Below are positions 51,501-63,158 of a DNA stretch of 64,000 bases, piece after piece (the first letter of the stretch is position 1; each line of letters starts with the position of its first letter). The DNA is taken from the NCBI RefSeq assembly GCF_018350175.1, contig NC_058368.1, forward strand, positions 204,292,001 through 204,356,000. The letters run 5' to 3'. Both the position numbers and the translations under genes were made by a program. Source of the stretch: Felis catus. Taxonomy: Eukaryota. The notes beneath the pieces were generated by a model. The model was not told where the DNA came from. It was given only the letters and a program-made list of their open reading frames with translations, and searched no databases.

Positions 51501-51528
51501 GCCACCCCACGTCACTCTCTCACCCCAC
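51501..51528 (+). promoter_or_regulatory. HMGCS1: Two sterol regulatory elements (SREBP) flanking a CRE-like site
   Basis: GCCACCCCAC 51501-51510, CACGTCA 51508-51514, CTCACCCCAC 51519-51528, next to ATTGG 51481; the known SRE/CRE/NF-Y layout of the HMG-CoA synthase promoter. Confidence 0.9.
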
Positions 51529-51748
51529 TTCCTCGGCCCTCCAACTTTATCCCCGCCCCTTCCCCCGCCCTTCCAGCCACGAGGGAAAACCCTAGCAAGA
51601 TCCCGCCTCTAGTTTTCTTCGGATTGGTAGAAGCCGGGCTGGGGGGCGGGCGCTGCCGGGCTACTCTGTGGGCCACGATTGGCTGCTGGAACCACTGTCC
51701 AGCCTCCCACCGACTGCCGGCCTTGCCGGAGTCGGGTGGGTCGGCGGC

Positions 51749-51754
51749 TATAAA
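51749..51754 (+). promoter_or_regulatory. HMGCS1: TATA box
   Basis: TATAAAG about 30 nt upstream of the pyrimidine-rich start region. Confidence 0.85.
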
Positions 51755-51779
51755 GCTGGTGGTGGAGGGGAGGCCCCGC

Positions 51780-51838
51780 GTACTGCCCTTTCGTGGCTCG
51801 CTCCCTTTCCACGACCACCACCCGGAGGTCACGTTTGG
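51780..51838 (+). other. HMGCS1: HMGCS1 non-coding exon 1 (start approximate)
   Basis: CCTTTCGTGGCTCGCTCCCTTTCC...GGTCACGTTTGG resembles the recalled HMGCS1 5'UTR; donor |gtgagt at 51839. Confidence 0.88.
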
Positions 51839-53506
51839 GTGAGTACCCCGCGCGGAAGAGAGCTAAGTTGCTGCGGCGCTGCGGACGGGCGGGCGGGCGA
51901 GGTGAGGGCCGAGCCGAGGCGGTGTCCTTGACTAGGCCCGTAGGAGGTCCTGCTTGGTTCGGGTGGGGAGGAGGTATGGACCCGGCCCAGAGGAAGGGGC
52001 GCCGCGAGCAGGGCCGTGAGGGTCCTCCCCTGCCAGGGGCCCTGGGGCTCTCACCGCTCTAGGTCTGACGAGGGGCTGAGGAGTCGCAAAAGGGAGAAGG
52101 CGAAGGGGCGTTGAGGGCTAGGGTTCTGAATGACATAGCCAGGTGCTGGAGGTGCCGGGGAAGTGGCTGTGATCGCCGGGAGGGGATTTGGGGGCAGGGA
52201 GGCGCATCAGGAGGGGACGATGAGCTGGGCTGCCAGGACGTTCCTGGAGCTTTGGGTTAAGGGTGGACGCCGAAGGATGGGGAAGATTATAATTAGATGG
52301 AGGCTTGTTGGTTGGCAAGTGGGTGTGTCCTCCTGCAGCCACATATAGAGAGTTGCTGGCAAGTGGGCATAACTTTTGTTCCCTGGCTCAGGTGCAAGAA
52401 AGCATCACAACCGTGATTTAGCCTGGAGGAATACTTGGGCTCTTGACTGCTTCAGGCAGCTTGCTTCAGAGATCACAGATTCCGCCTCCCACCTTCCCGC
52501 CTCCATATTTTTTATGCCCATATTAAAAAAAAAAAAAAAAAAGGTTTCCTTGGTGTTCTGAAATCCCGTACCTCCCTCCTGCTAATAGCTTCGGGGCCAG
52601 CCCGACCTGATACGGTGATGTAATGGGCAGGCACCCACAGGGCCTTCACACACAGTGGATTTTGGATTAAGACAGGGACATTTCAAAGCCAAGTATATGG
52701 TGTCTTTGAAAAACGTGCGTCCTGCTTTGACCAGTGGTGGAGAAAAAGATTACTCTCACCTACCCTGGAGGAGGGATTTGGACAACAGATAATGAGATTG
52801 TCTCTGTTTGTCATGTTTGCCCTATGGCCTTGGCCATCACAGGCTTTTTTTCCGAGGCTCACCTCTGGGGCATGTCTTCCCTGCTCCTGATGCTCTTGTC
52901 ATCCAGCTGCAGTAGAAGGAAATGTTCTGGCTGCTGCTAAGTAACATTTGCTCGATTGCACGGATGAACTATGAAAAACAGTGGCAGGATACGTGACAAA
53001 ATTAAGACAAATGGAAGTGCTCATATAGTTAACAGGTTTTTCCTTCTGCGATGGAGCTTGGGCTTTCATTGTACAGATTCTGTTAGAAGGCGGATTGGAA
53101 GTCCTTAACATGGATCTGTGCCAAATGGTTCTTTGCATCTTGAGACGTCTAAGCCGTTTGTGTTCTTTCTTTGATCAAAACTTTGTTTTTAAAATTTCAG
53201 TTATTTTTGTGGGGGTGAGGAGGGTAGGGATAGCATATTTTATGGAAGAGGAGAAAGACTTTATTTCCTTAGTGTTTAACCTTTGCAAGTCTCTTTCTCC
53301 TAAATGTGTAGGTTTATCCTTTATTCAGTTCTAGTTTAGTCAGGAACCCCAGTTCTCAGAAAGGTGTTTCCAATGGGGAGAAATTATGGGATATTATGTT
53401 TGAGGCCATAAGAGGCCACATCTTCTACTGGTAGTTTCTGGGCCTTGCTTTTCATTTTGTTTTCTTTAAGTATTTATCTAGAGTGCTTTTATACCTTGTT
53501 ATTCTT

Positions 53507-53895
53507 TTTTATTTTATTTATTTTTAATTTACATCCAAGTTAGTTAGCATATAGTACAATAATGATTTCAGGAGTAGATTCCAGTGATTCATCCCCTGTG
53601 TATAACACCCAGTGCTCATCCCAACAAATGTCTTCCTTAATGCCCCTCACCCATTTAGCCCATCCCCCCACCCACAACCCCTCCAGCATCCCTCAGTTTG
53701 TTCTCTGTATTTAAGAGTCTCTATGTTTTGTCTGCCTCCTTGTTTTTATATTATTTTTGCTTCCTTTCCCTTATGGTCATCTGTTTTGTATCTCAAATTC
53801 CTCTTATGAGTGAAGTCATATGATATGTGTCTTTCTCTAATTTCACTTACCATAACATAATACCCTCTAGTTCCATCCACATAGTTGCAAATGGA
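53507..53895 (-). mobile_element. 5'-truncated carnivore/feline L1 (3'UTR)
   Basis: L1 3'UTR; TSD atac(c/a)ttgttattctt. Confidence 0.92.
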
Positions 53896-55504
53896 ATACA
53901 TTGTTATTCTTAACTGTAGGAATGACTAAGATTTTTTGATTGAATTGAGATTTTAGCTAGCTTTCTGGAAGGAAGTTCAAAACCCTGACATTGATGTAAT
54001 GTGTGTTTCCTGGGTACCCTAAAATTATTTAAACCCATAAAGCAGTGGAGCTGAAAGGAGATGCAGTTGAGGTTCTGGTTCGAGGAATTTGATTGGCTAT
54101 ATATTCAGAATCTATATTTAGTTTCATGTAGAAAGGAACAGAGTCTTATAATTTTATGTTGGGTTACTAACAAACCAAATAGAAGGGTGTGATATTTTTA
54201 CGTTTCTCAAGATGGTGGTATAGATTCAGAAGGTTTGAAAACATGTTACCCAATCTAATGAGAGGGTGGTAGGACTCAATTCTTAATAATCTGTTCATTC
54301 TGACACTTGGCATGTGATGATCAGTTGCTGTCTGTCAATCGAGTGTAGATAGAGTAGAGGAGCTCAGTCTTCATCTTGGCAGGGTGTGTGCCTGGGGATG
54401 TATACATACGGGAATGTTGCTAAGACCAACAGACTCCTTACATCTTTCAGTAGAAAGCCACTCTTCTGAAACACCTTCTAGGCACTATTTGGGGCTGCAG
54501 CTCATTTACAAAGCGATAGCAAAAGGAACTGACTAATGAGGGCTGCTCTGTGTACTTGAATCTAAACGATTTGTCCTCTAATTGTGATAACTCCAAATTT
54601 AGCTCCTCAAAAACTGGCAGTAGAATGCCCTTTACTCCAAGGTCTCAAAGGGATTTCAAAAGAATCAAAATACACCCCCTCTCCCATTAGGAGCCTAGGA
54701 ATCTAGTATGGATAAGAAGACTGTCAATAACTAGTTTTCCATTGAGAGTAGAATATGAAGACTTTGAGTGAATCGCATACTTGCTGTAGAAGTGCGGGAC
54801 CCTGATGAGAAAACTCTAGGAAACCTTGCTGGAAGAGGCAGCTTAGAACAGGGCCTTGAAATAGGAGTAGAATTTATAAGCAGACCAGTAACTCTGGGGA
54901 GAGGCAGGAATGTCTGTTTTTTACTTAGAGAACTAGACCAGAGTGTACAGGCGTTGCCAAAGCCTTCACCGTAGTTTTGCTTGCTTGCTCCTAAGGGGGA
55001 AAGATGGCCAGCTCTTTCTCATGAGAAAGGGTGTCCTGGATTTCTCTCCTTTTATAGCGAAAAAGATCAGCAGGCAACTGCTTACCATTTATCATGGACC
55101 AAACTGTGTGCTGGGTGAACTTTTCTGACTACTTGTTTGAATCAAGGCTGTAGAGGGATGCCAAAGATGGAATTCAGAACTCTGAATAAACCCCAGGAGA
55201 AAGCATCACTGCATGAACCTGGTTGGCCCTGGCAGTCTCAGCAGTTTTCAGTTTTAATCTTTGCCAAACTAGAAGTGCCTATATTGGGCCTCTGGAGGCT
55301 CCAAACAGGCTTTGTGGTAACAGTGCCCAGCCGCTTGCGGTTTATTAACTGCTTATTATCCTGACCCATGCTGCTCCATGATTTGCCCTGAAGGGACCTT
55401 CTGTTAGAAATAAGCTGATGGTCAGCTGGAGACTTTGGCCTTGCTGTTTCAGTCAGGATAGAGAACCCTTCTAGCAGTTGCAGAAGAGAAAGGAAATCCC
55501 TTTC

Positions 55505-55739
55505 TTTTTTTTTTTTTTTTTTTTAATTTTTTTTTTCAACATTTATTTATTTTTGGGACAGAGAGAGACAGAGCATGAACGGGGGAGGGGCAGAGAGAGA
55601 GGGAGACACAGAATCGGAAACAGGCTCCAGGCTCTGAGCCATCAGCCCAGAGCCTGATGCGGGGCTCGAACTCATGGACCGCGAGATCGTGACCTGGCTG
55701 AAGTCGGACGCTTAACCGACTGCGCCACCCAGGCGCCCC
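55505..55739 (-). mobile_element. Young SINEC_Fc
   Basis: Perfect TSD aggaaatccctttct; long tail. Confidence 0.97.
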
Positions 55740-55859
55740 AGGAAATCCCTTTCTAATGGGTCATTCCCCAAAGTGGCATTTACACCCTCCATTTCCTTTC
55801 CTGGTCTCCTGGCCTCTTCTTCTCCTGGGAGCTTAAGTAGCACAGCAGTCCTCTGTGAA

Positions 55860-56016
55860 TCTTTTCTCTTGTGTTTCTTTCTTTGCTCTAATGCCCTTTT
55901 CTCTGTCTCCTTTTCTTTCCCCTCTTCTCTTCCCTCTCCTCTCTTTCTCTTGCTCCCCTTTCTCCTCCTCCCCTCCTCTTCTCTCTGCCTGTCTCCCCCC
56001 ACCACCCCCCCCCCCC
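55860..56016. repeat. Pyrimidine-rich low-complexity tract
   Basis: C/T-rich run. Confidence 0.8.
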
Positions 56017-56311
56017 GAATTTAAATAATCAAAATTGAAAGAGGGAATATTGGAAGTTCAGGAGAAATTTCCTTGGGAAAATAGTGTCAAATACATATGC
56101 CTACATGGTTTCAAGAAGAAATATTACTAAGTTATTTAAATAGTCTCAACATGGAAGGGGAATCATGTTTTCCCCTCACCAGTGAGGACTAGTCCCTGTG
56201 GTCTGCTTAATTTGCAAGTTACAAAAGCAAATTGAAATAGCAAAGAACAAAATGCAGGTTATTTCTCAAAGTGTATGTATAATTCTGTAATCAAAGAGAT
56301 CTTTTGAAAAG

Positions 56312-56513
56312 TTTTTTTTTTTTTTTAATGTTTTTTATTTTTGAGAGAGCATGAGCAGGGGAGGGGCAGGGAGAGAGGGAGGAGAGGATCTGGAGTGAGC
56401 TCTGCACTGACAGGAGAGAGCCCGATGTGGTTCTCAAACTCACGTACTGAACTGTGAGATCATGACCTGAGCCAAAGTTGGATGCTTAACCAATTGAGCC
56501 ACCCAGGTGCCCC
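56312..56513 (-). mobile_element. SINEC
   Basis: TSD aaagagat. Confidence 0.92.
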
Positions 56514-57107
56514 AAAGAGATTTTTTGGAATGTAGTAGTCTTATCAGGGTTTATTTATTTGGGGTGGGGGGGTTAAACTTAATGAAATAAAAGGAACTAA
56601 ATCTGGGAGGAGCTCTTAAATGTAATCATGTAAGAGAAATAAATCTTTACTAAATTATTTACTAAAAATAATTGGGACTACTGAATGCGGTCTCTGGTTA
56701 ATCAGTCAAGGGCAGACGCTAAGTTTGCCAATAATTACATAGAGAGAAAAGGTAATTGTGTTTTCGTTAATATAGGAACTATTGTCTCGAGCAATACTCC
56801 TTCAGAACAGATGGCCTGAAGAAAGTGCTCCAGTGTCACCTTCCTATTGCATTTCCACATAATTTAAATGATGATAAAGCTTAATGCTCGTTTGTCTTGA
56901 TACTGCATGCTTATCTTTTTAACACAAGCACTATAGGGAAAATTACTTTTTAAAAAGTTGGGAAGGGTGAGGGCGGACCTGTTGAAAACTAGGAGCACAA
57001 GATTAAATACAGGAAGGTAATTAGGTCTTGCTAGAAAGATACATATTTCATTTGAAAAATTCTAAGAACTAGGATAATGATGAGTTGGTGCTCGATATTA
57101 CAAAACA

Positions 57108-57336
57108 TTTTTTAAGCTTATTTATTAATTTTGAGACAAAGAGAGCACAAGAGAATGAACATGAGCAGGGTAGGGGCAGAGAGGGAGAGAGAGAATCCCA
57201 AGCAGGCTCCACACTGTCTGCACTGAGCCCCAGTGCTGAGCGGATATGTGGCTCAATCTGATGAACCTGTGCAGTTATGACCTGACCCCAAATCAAAGAG
57301 TCGATCATTTAATTGACCGAGCCACCCAGGAGTCCC
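57108..57336 (-). mobile_element. SINEC (older) next to MIR 57337-57460
   Basis: SINE structure; MIR core CCATTTTATAGAAGAGGAAATTGAAGCTCAAAGAGG. Confidence 0.88.
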
Positions 57337-57813
57337 TTCACTCCATTTTATAGAAGAGGAAATTGAAGCTCAAAGAGGCACAAATCACTAAAGCCACCAA
57401 CTCTTAAAAGTGTAGAGCAAGCTCTTGAATGTATCGATCTCATTACTCCAGAGCTTGCTAGTCCTGTACAACTTATTGATATTTCTTTCCTTCCATTCTT
57501 AATAATGCAAAGTTAGTAAAGACAACTGACAACTCTCCCAGCATCACACTTGATTTAAAACCTGAATCGGTAATACGAACTTCGTATGTCAGGTCATTAC
57601 CGGGACCGAACCTACCATTATAAGCACTAATGAAATAAGGTGGAAATGTTTAATAAGCTTTAAGTACCATTTTTCCAAGCAAAGTCAAATTTGTTCTATG
57701 GCATGTGATTGGGCAAGGAAATGCTTATTTGAACACACTTGGAATTGGAGTCATTATTTGAATTCCTGTGGTGGTTTATGACTTTAAAAGAAGTTCTTAT
57801 TTGAAATTCCTAG

Positions 57814-57874
57814 CGCCTGAAGGAGGAACCAGAGTGACAGACCTGGAGACTACAGTCCTTTATCCCTCACACAG
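57814..57874 (+). other. HMGCS1: HMGCS1 optional 5'UTR exon 2 (61 nt)
   Basis: ttcctag|CGCCTGAAGGAGGAACCAGAGTGACAGACCTGGAGACTACAGTCCTTTATCCCTCACACAG|gtatgg; matches the known alternatively spliced ~59-nt exon of mammalian HMG-CoA synthase. Confidence 0.92.
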
Positions 57875-58301
57875 GTATGGCATCCTGTCATGCTGCCGAA
57901 GGAAAGTGTTCCTCTCCAACGGAAGGGGGAGATTTAATTTTCATCCCAGGGCTAATAACCATTTGTGTGCCCCACACATTCTTAAAATCCATTACAGAGT
58001 TATACCTTATCTTTAAACACGAGTTAATGCTGTAGTGCCTTGGGAGACCATTCAATTTTGTGATTGTCAGACTGATGTTTAAAATCTAGAAACTGATTTT
58101 TTAAAAAAAGTGTGCCTTTTCTCTCCTTTTTAAAATTTTGAAAGAAAATTTCTGTATTTTATTATAAATGCAGAATAGAATCCCCATTATCCCACTTACA
58201 TATTTTTTAATTGCACATACAGTGCTCTGAAAAATAACGAAGTACCTTTTTATGGGCAAAAGGTTAAAAATATTTGAAGGGGATTTTTTAACTGTCAGAT
58301 C

Positions 58302-58751
58302 TTTTTTTTTTTTTTTTTTTAATTTTTTTTTCAACGTTTATTTATTTTTGGGACAGAGAGAGACAGAGCATGAACGGGCGAGGGGCAGAGAGAGAGGGAG
58401 ACACAGAATCGGAAACAGGCTCCAGGCTCCGAGCCATCAGCCCAGAGCCCGACGCGGGGCTCGAACTCACAGACCGCGAGATCGTGACCTGGCTGAAGTC
58501 GGACGCTTAACCGACTGCGCCACCCAGGCGCCCCACAGATCTTTTTTTAAGTTCATTTATTTTGAGAGAGACAGAGAGGTGCGAGTGAGGGAGGGGCTGA
58601 GAGAGAGGGGAGAGAGAATCCCAGGTAGGCTCCATGCTCAGTGCAGACCCGACAGAGCCTGATGTGGGGTTCGATCCCTCAACTGTGAGACCATGACCCA
58701 AGCTGACATCATGAGTCAGATGGTTAACCATCTGAGCTACCCAGTCATCCC
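58302..58751 (-). mobile_element. Young SINEC_Fc (58302-58534) inserted at the tail of an older SINEC (58542-58751)
   Basis: Inner TSD cagatcttttttt; outer TSD aactgtcagat. Confidence 0.94.
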
Positions 58752-59929
58752 TAAACTGTCAGATTTTTAAACTATATTCTATTTAGAGTTTTTTTGTGGT
58801 ATTTAGAATAGTGAATTAACCCATTCTGTATGGAGTTAACACCATAATGTGAAAATCTGAGATCTTTAGCTGGCTTTTTTCTTTTCCTTTTTATAATTTA
58901 TTTTTGGCCTGCTTCAGAGAGCATTGAGAGGACAACACAAGAGCATATGCTTAATAGGATAGTTAAAAGTAAAGATTACAGTTCAGAAGCTATACCATAT
59001 TTTTTGTTGTTTGAAATGCCATGGAAGCAATTACTTCCTTGTATTAATTTTCTATTCTTTTCCTACTTAATCTTACTCTCCCTTAATTTCAACCAAATGC
59101 TAAATATTTCAAATTAGATGGCTTTTTATTGGGAATATAATAAACATCTTGGCCATCAAAACCCCTCAAACAATGAGCAATATTGATTGAGTCAGATACT
59201 GTAAAACTTTTTCCATACCAAGATTAGGGTCATGATTGACTTTCAACCTGATGTGAGTGGGTTAGTTAAGCTACATTTTTTACCCCAAATGAAACAAGGT
59301 ACTTAGTTAACCCCTCGGAGGTTTAAGAATAACAGAGTTATACCTTATTTCTTAAGTACCGTAATATAAGAACTGATCAGAGCTGGTCAGATTATGGTAA
59401 ATATGGATTAATTCTGGGATCAAAGCCTTGCATTATGGCTTCTTATAAACTGGTTTATACCTTCAGAAGATTGTATATATTTGTCCATTTTCTTTCCAAA
59501 AGCGTTGCAAGCTGTTGGGCCAGGCAAGGGAAATCACAGTGTCCTCAGGATGTTTAGAGCAGTTTGGAGAGTTGTAAAGAACCTAAAGTGTCAGCTTGTG
59601 GGAAAGGCTGGGAAGGTGGGTGATCCTCCTGCCCCTGGTGACTTCGAGGATAGCATGTAGGAGGGGTTCCTCTTCTAGGGATGTGGACTGGTCTTTGTTT
59701 TTAAACACTAGTTATAGAACTCTTTTCTGTGGATTATGCAGAGGACTTCATGTTATTTTACTATAAACTGAGAATCTGCCTAGTGACATTTTAGTTCCAT
59801 TATGTCTTTATTTCAACTTCAGTGTAACGCAGTTTAGATGATCATAAACTGCTAGGTTTCCAAGGAAGAGGGGAAAGAATAGAAGAAGAAAACAGATGAC
59901 TCTCTGTTAATGTAGCCAATTTGACAGAA

Positions 59930-60945
59930 TTTCTGTCTAGTCATGACGGTTGAGGATAGAAATCTGGGAGCCATCCTAAACACTTCCTTCTTAACTTCTA
60001 GTCAATCACAATTTCTGCTAGTTTTTTGCTTCCATATCTTTTGAAGCTGTTCCTTCTTCACCCATCATGTAGTAATTGCTCTGGTTCATGACCTGTCTTC
60101 TCTGGACTGCTGTATCTGCTCCCTAACTCACATCTGTTCTCTACACAGCACCAGTGATTGTGCAAAATGTTGACTCTCAAACTTTTTTGACCATGACCCT
60201 CAGTAAGAAATATACTTTATATTGCAATCCAGGGTATGTGTGAATAATTGAAACATAATTTTCATGAAAAAATTCTTAAATTTACTGTGTGCCGTGCAAT
60301 CTGATATTTTCTGTTCTTTACTATTACATTTTCAAAAATGTTGTTTGCCACCCACTAAATTGATTTCCAGAGTTGGAAAAACACTGATCCGAACACTAAT
60401 ATGACCCAGGTCACTCCTGTTTAAAACCTTGATGGCACCTTAATGTCTTTATGATGAAGTCGAAGCTCCTTACCATTAGCATAGCAGAACTGTTATGACC
60501 TGACCCTGACCTAGTTCTACTGACCTATTACTTGTCTGATCTACTCCCTGGGCCTCACATTTCACTTAGTAGATTAGTAAAACTTTTCATAGTTCTTTGC
60601 TCTGTGCCTTTATGTATGCTGTTCACCCTGTTGAAAATCTTCTACCACCATTTGCTTCTGTAGAGCTTTACTGATTACTCCTTACTTATTCCTAAGACTC
60701 AAGTCAGCACCAGTAACCAAGAAGCCTCTCTCCCCACTCTTGCCCCGCCACCAGGTTGGGTTGGGTAGGGTAGTTCTCCATAACATAATCTGACTGTCTC
60801 TGCTGTTTCACTTGTTTAGTATTATGTGTTTGTATCTTACACACAAGGTGGTGAATATTTATTTGAAAGGGCAAGGGTTATCTCCTATGAAACTGGTCCC
60901 AAATGTTCGGCATATAACATGTTGTCATTGTTTAGGTGAATAAAA
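59930..60945 (+). mobile_element. L2 remnant interrupted by a hAT-Charlie MITE (~60165-60386)
   Basis: AATCTGGGAGCCATCCT L2 motif; MITE ends CTCAAACTTTTTTGACC...GTTGGAAAAACACTG. Confidence 0.65.
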
Positions 60946-61004
60946 AAACATATACATAAGATTCTTGTATTTAGAAGGAAGATTCAATGATATCCCTTAA
61001 GACC

Positions 61005-61199
61005 TTTTTTTTTTTTAATGTTTGTTTATTTTTAGAGAGAGTAAGCATGAGCGGAGGAGGGGCGGGGAAAATCCCAAACAGGCTCTGTGCTGTCAGTGCA
61101 GAGCCTGACGTGGGGGGCTTGATCCCACAACTGTGTGATCATGACCTGAGCTGAAATCAAGAGTCTGACACATAACTGACGGAGCCCCCTAGGCGCCCC
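61005..61199 (-). mobile_element. SINEC
   Basis: TSD cccttaagaccttt. Confidence 0.93.
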
Positions 61200-61646
61200 A
61201 CCCTTAAGACCTTTAACTTAGATTTTGTGATTATATCTCTAGGGGCTTATTTTTTAAGTTTTAATATACTCATGACTTGATGGCTTATGGGCTCAGAGTA
61301 GATTATTACATGATTTAAGGATAACCTCTCTGTTTTAGATATTCTGTCAAGATTTCCATAATTAACAACTCACTATGGCCGTAGTTTGTAATTCGTTATA
61401 CCTGATAATATACCAGTTTGCAGAGTGGCAGGGGACAAATGACATAAATACAGGATCTTATTTTCACGTTTAGGAGTCAAAGTAGTGAGTTGGTCAATGC
61501 TGTAGAAGGTTGGTGAACCAGTAGGACCCAGGTAACTCTCATAAGCTAAGACCTTTAGGTCAACGAAAACCTGAAATTCTGTCACCTAAATAGCACCTTC
61601 CAATTGTGTGATGCCTAAAAAGGAAATTGAGTTGTAGAAGTTTATC

Positions 61647-61839
61647 TTTTTTAAGTTTATTTATTTTGAGAGAGAGCGGGGGAGGGGCAGAGAAGGAGGG
61701 AGATGGAGAATCCCAAGCAAGCTCCATGCTGTCAGCACAGAGCCTGGTGCAGGACTCGAACCCACCAATCGCGAGATCATGACCTGAGCTGAAATCAAGA
61801 GTTGGATGCTCAACTGACTGAGAGCCACCCCGGCTCCCC
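61647..61839 (-). mobile_element. SINEC
   Basis: TSD gttgt(a/g)gaagttta. Confidence 0.93.
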
Positions 61840-62446
61840 AGGTTGTGGAAGTTTAAACAAAGAAAAGGTTCTTTCTCTAAAACTAACAGGCTGTGCCATT
61901 CTTCAAAGCCTGACGACTATATTCCTCTGACTCCTGTGCCGGCTGGGTTCTGGGTAGACAGCCCATGGAAGTACTCAAGAGAGATTGGAAGGTGGGAAGA
62001 AGGGGCGGTCTTGTTGTTGTCAGTGGTGGTGGCAGGAAGGGTTGGGATGGGAGGGGTATCTTGGCTCTAGCTCAGTAGCAGAGGTGCTAGTGCTGACAGC
62101 CCCAGCGGCTTCAGCAGGAGTGTGAGCTCTGGGGATTTGAATAACCACCTTCCCCTTTTTTTTGCTCCTCTAGCCCAGCCAACAAATTTGAAACCGTTTC
62201 CCTCTATTAAATTCTCCCCTGTGAGAAATAATTTAGAATAACTTCTCTTAATGAATACAATCTCTTAAAAAAATTGAGACTCTGGTAGGTCATGTGACTT
62301 GCCCGTAGACAGGCACGTAGCAATGGTGCTGAGTGGCTAGCACATTTATTTTACTGTTAGTAAATAAATCTAGGCACTACTGAAAGTATGTATAGTGTGG
62401 CAACAGTTTTCTATAGTGCCCTTTTAAAAAAAAGAAGGGGTGGTTT

Positions 62447-62663
62447 AAAAAAAAAATTTTTTTTAACGTTTATGTATTTTTGAGACAGAGAGAGACAGCA
62501 TGAACGGGGGAGGGTCAGAGAGAGGAAGACACAGAATCGGAAACAGGCTCCAGGCTCTGAGCTGTCAGCACAGAGCCCGACGTGGGGCTCGAACCCACGG
62601 ACCGCGAGATTGTGACCTGAGCCGAAGTTGGCCGCTTAACCGACTGAGCCACCTAGGTGCCCC
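62447..62663 (-). mobile_element. SINEC_Fc
   Basis: TSD aagaaggggtggttt. Confidence 0.95.
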
Positions 62664-62970
62664 AAGAAGGGGTGGTTTTAAGAGGTGTTATCTAGATGCC
62701 ACATAAGTAATATATGGATTACCAGTTTTCAAATTTGAATCAGTTTTTTTTTTCTCCCTGATTTAGAAGCTAAGTGATACCTTGTGATCATTTGTTGCCT
62801 ATATACTGGCTGTAGAAAGTATAGGATATTGGCATATCACCCTGTGATGGGTCCTGGAACTTATTTTTGCTTAAAATTTTAATCATATGGGTTCTGGGTG
62901 AGGGAGTGGGGTTCTTTATAATAACAAGGGCCTTGTACGGATTGATTTGGTGGACTTCTATAGTATGGCT

Positions 62971-63158
62971 TTTTTTTAAGTTTGTTTGTCTGTTTGTTTA
63001 TTTATTTAGAGGCAGGGAGGGGCAGAGAGAATCCCGGGCAGGCTCCACACTGGCAGCGCAGAGCCCAGTGCAGGGCTCGAATTCATGAACTGTGAAACCA
63101 TGACCTGAGCCGAAATCAAGATTCAGAGGCTTAACTGACTGAGCCACCCAGGCGCGCC
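62971..63158 (-). mobile_element. SINEC
   Basis: SINE head and tail. Confidence 0.9.

Larger units (their letters stand above)
51350..52250 (+). promoter_or_regulatory. HMGCS1: HMGCS1 CpG-island promoter
   Basis: GC/CpG-rich; inverted CCAAT (ATTGG) at 51389, 51420, 51481, 51623, 51678; GC boxes near 51551, 51563, 51643; TATAAA 51749-51754. Confidence 0.95.

Noticed and set aside
51673..51682. CCACGATTGG as an ER-stress element
   Set aside because: Fits neither ERSE (CCAAT-N9-CCACG) nor ERSE-II (ATTGG-N-CCACG); treated as a plain NF-Y site
51277..52348. Stack of ORFs over the HMGCS1 promoter
   Set aside because: Expected from stop-codon scarcity in GC-rich DNA; they run across promoter and intron
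57578..57587. AACTTCGTAT resembling a loxP arm
   Set aside because: Only 10 nt, no spacer or second arm in loxP arrangement; coincidental
1149..63088. Many similar ORFs such as MAQSVKRPTSAQVMIS and FLGQRETEHERGRG
   Set aside because: Translations of SINEC copies
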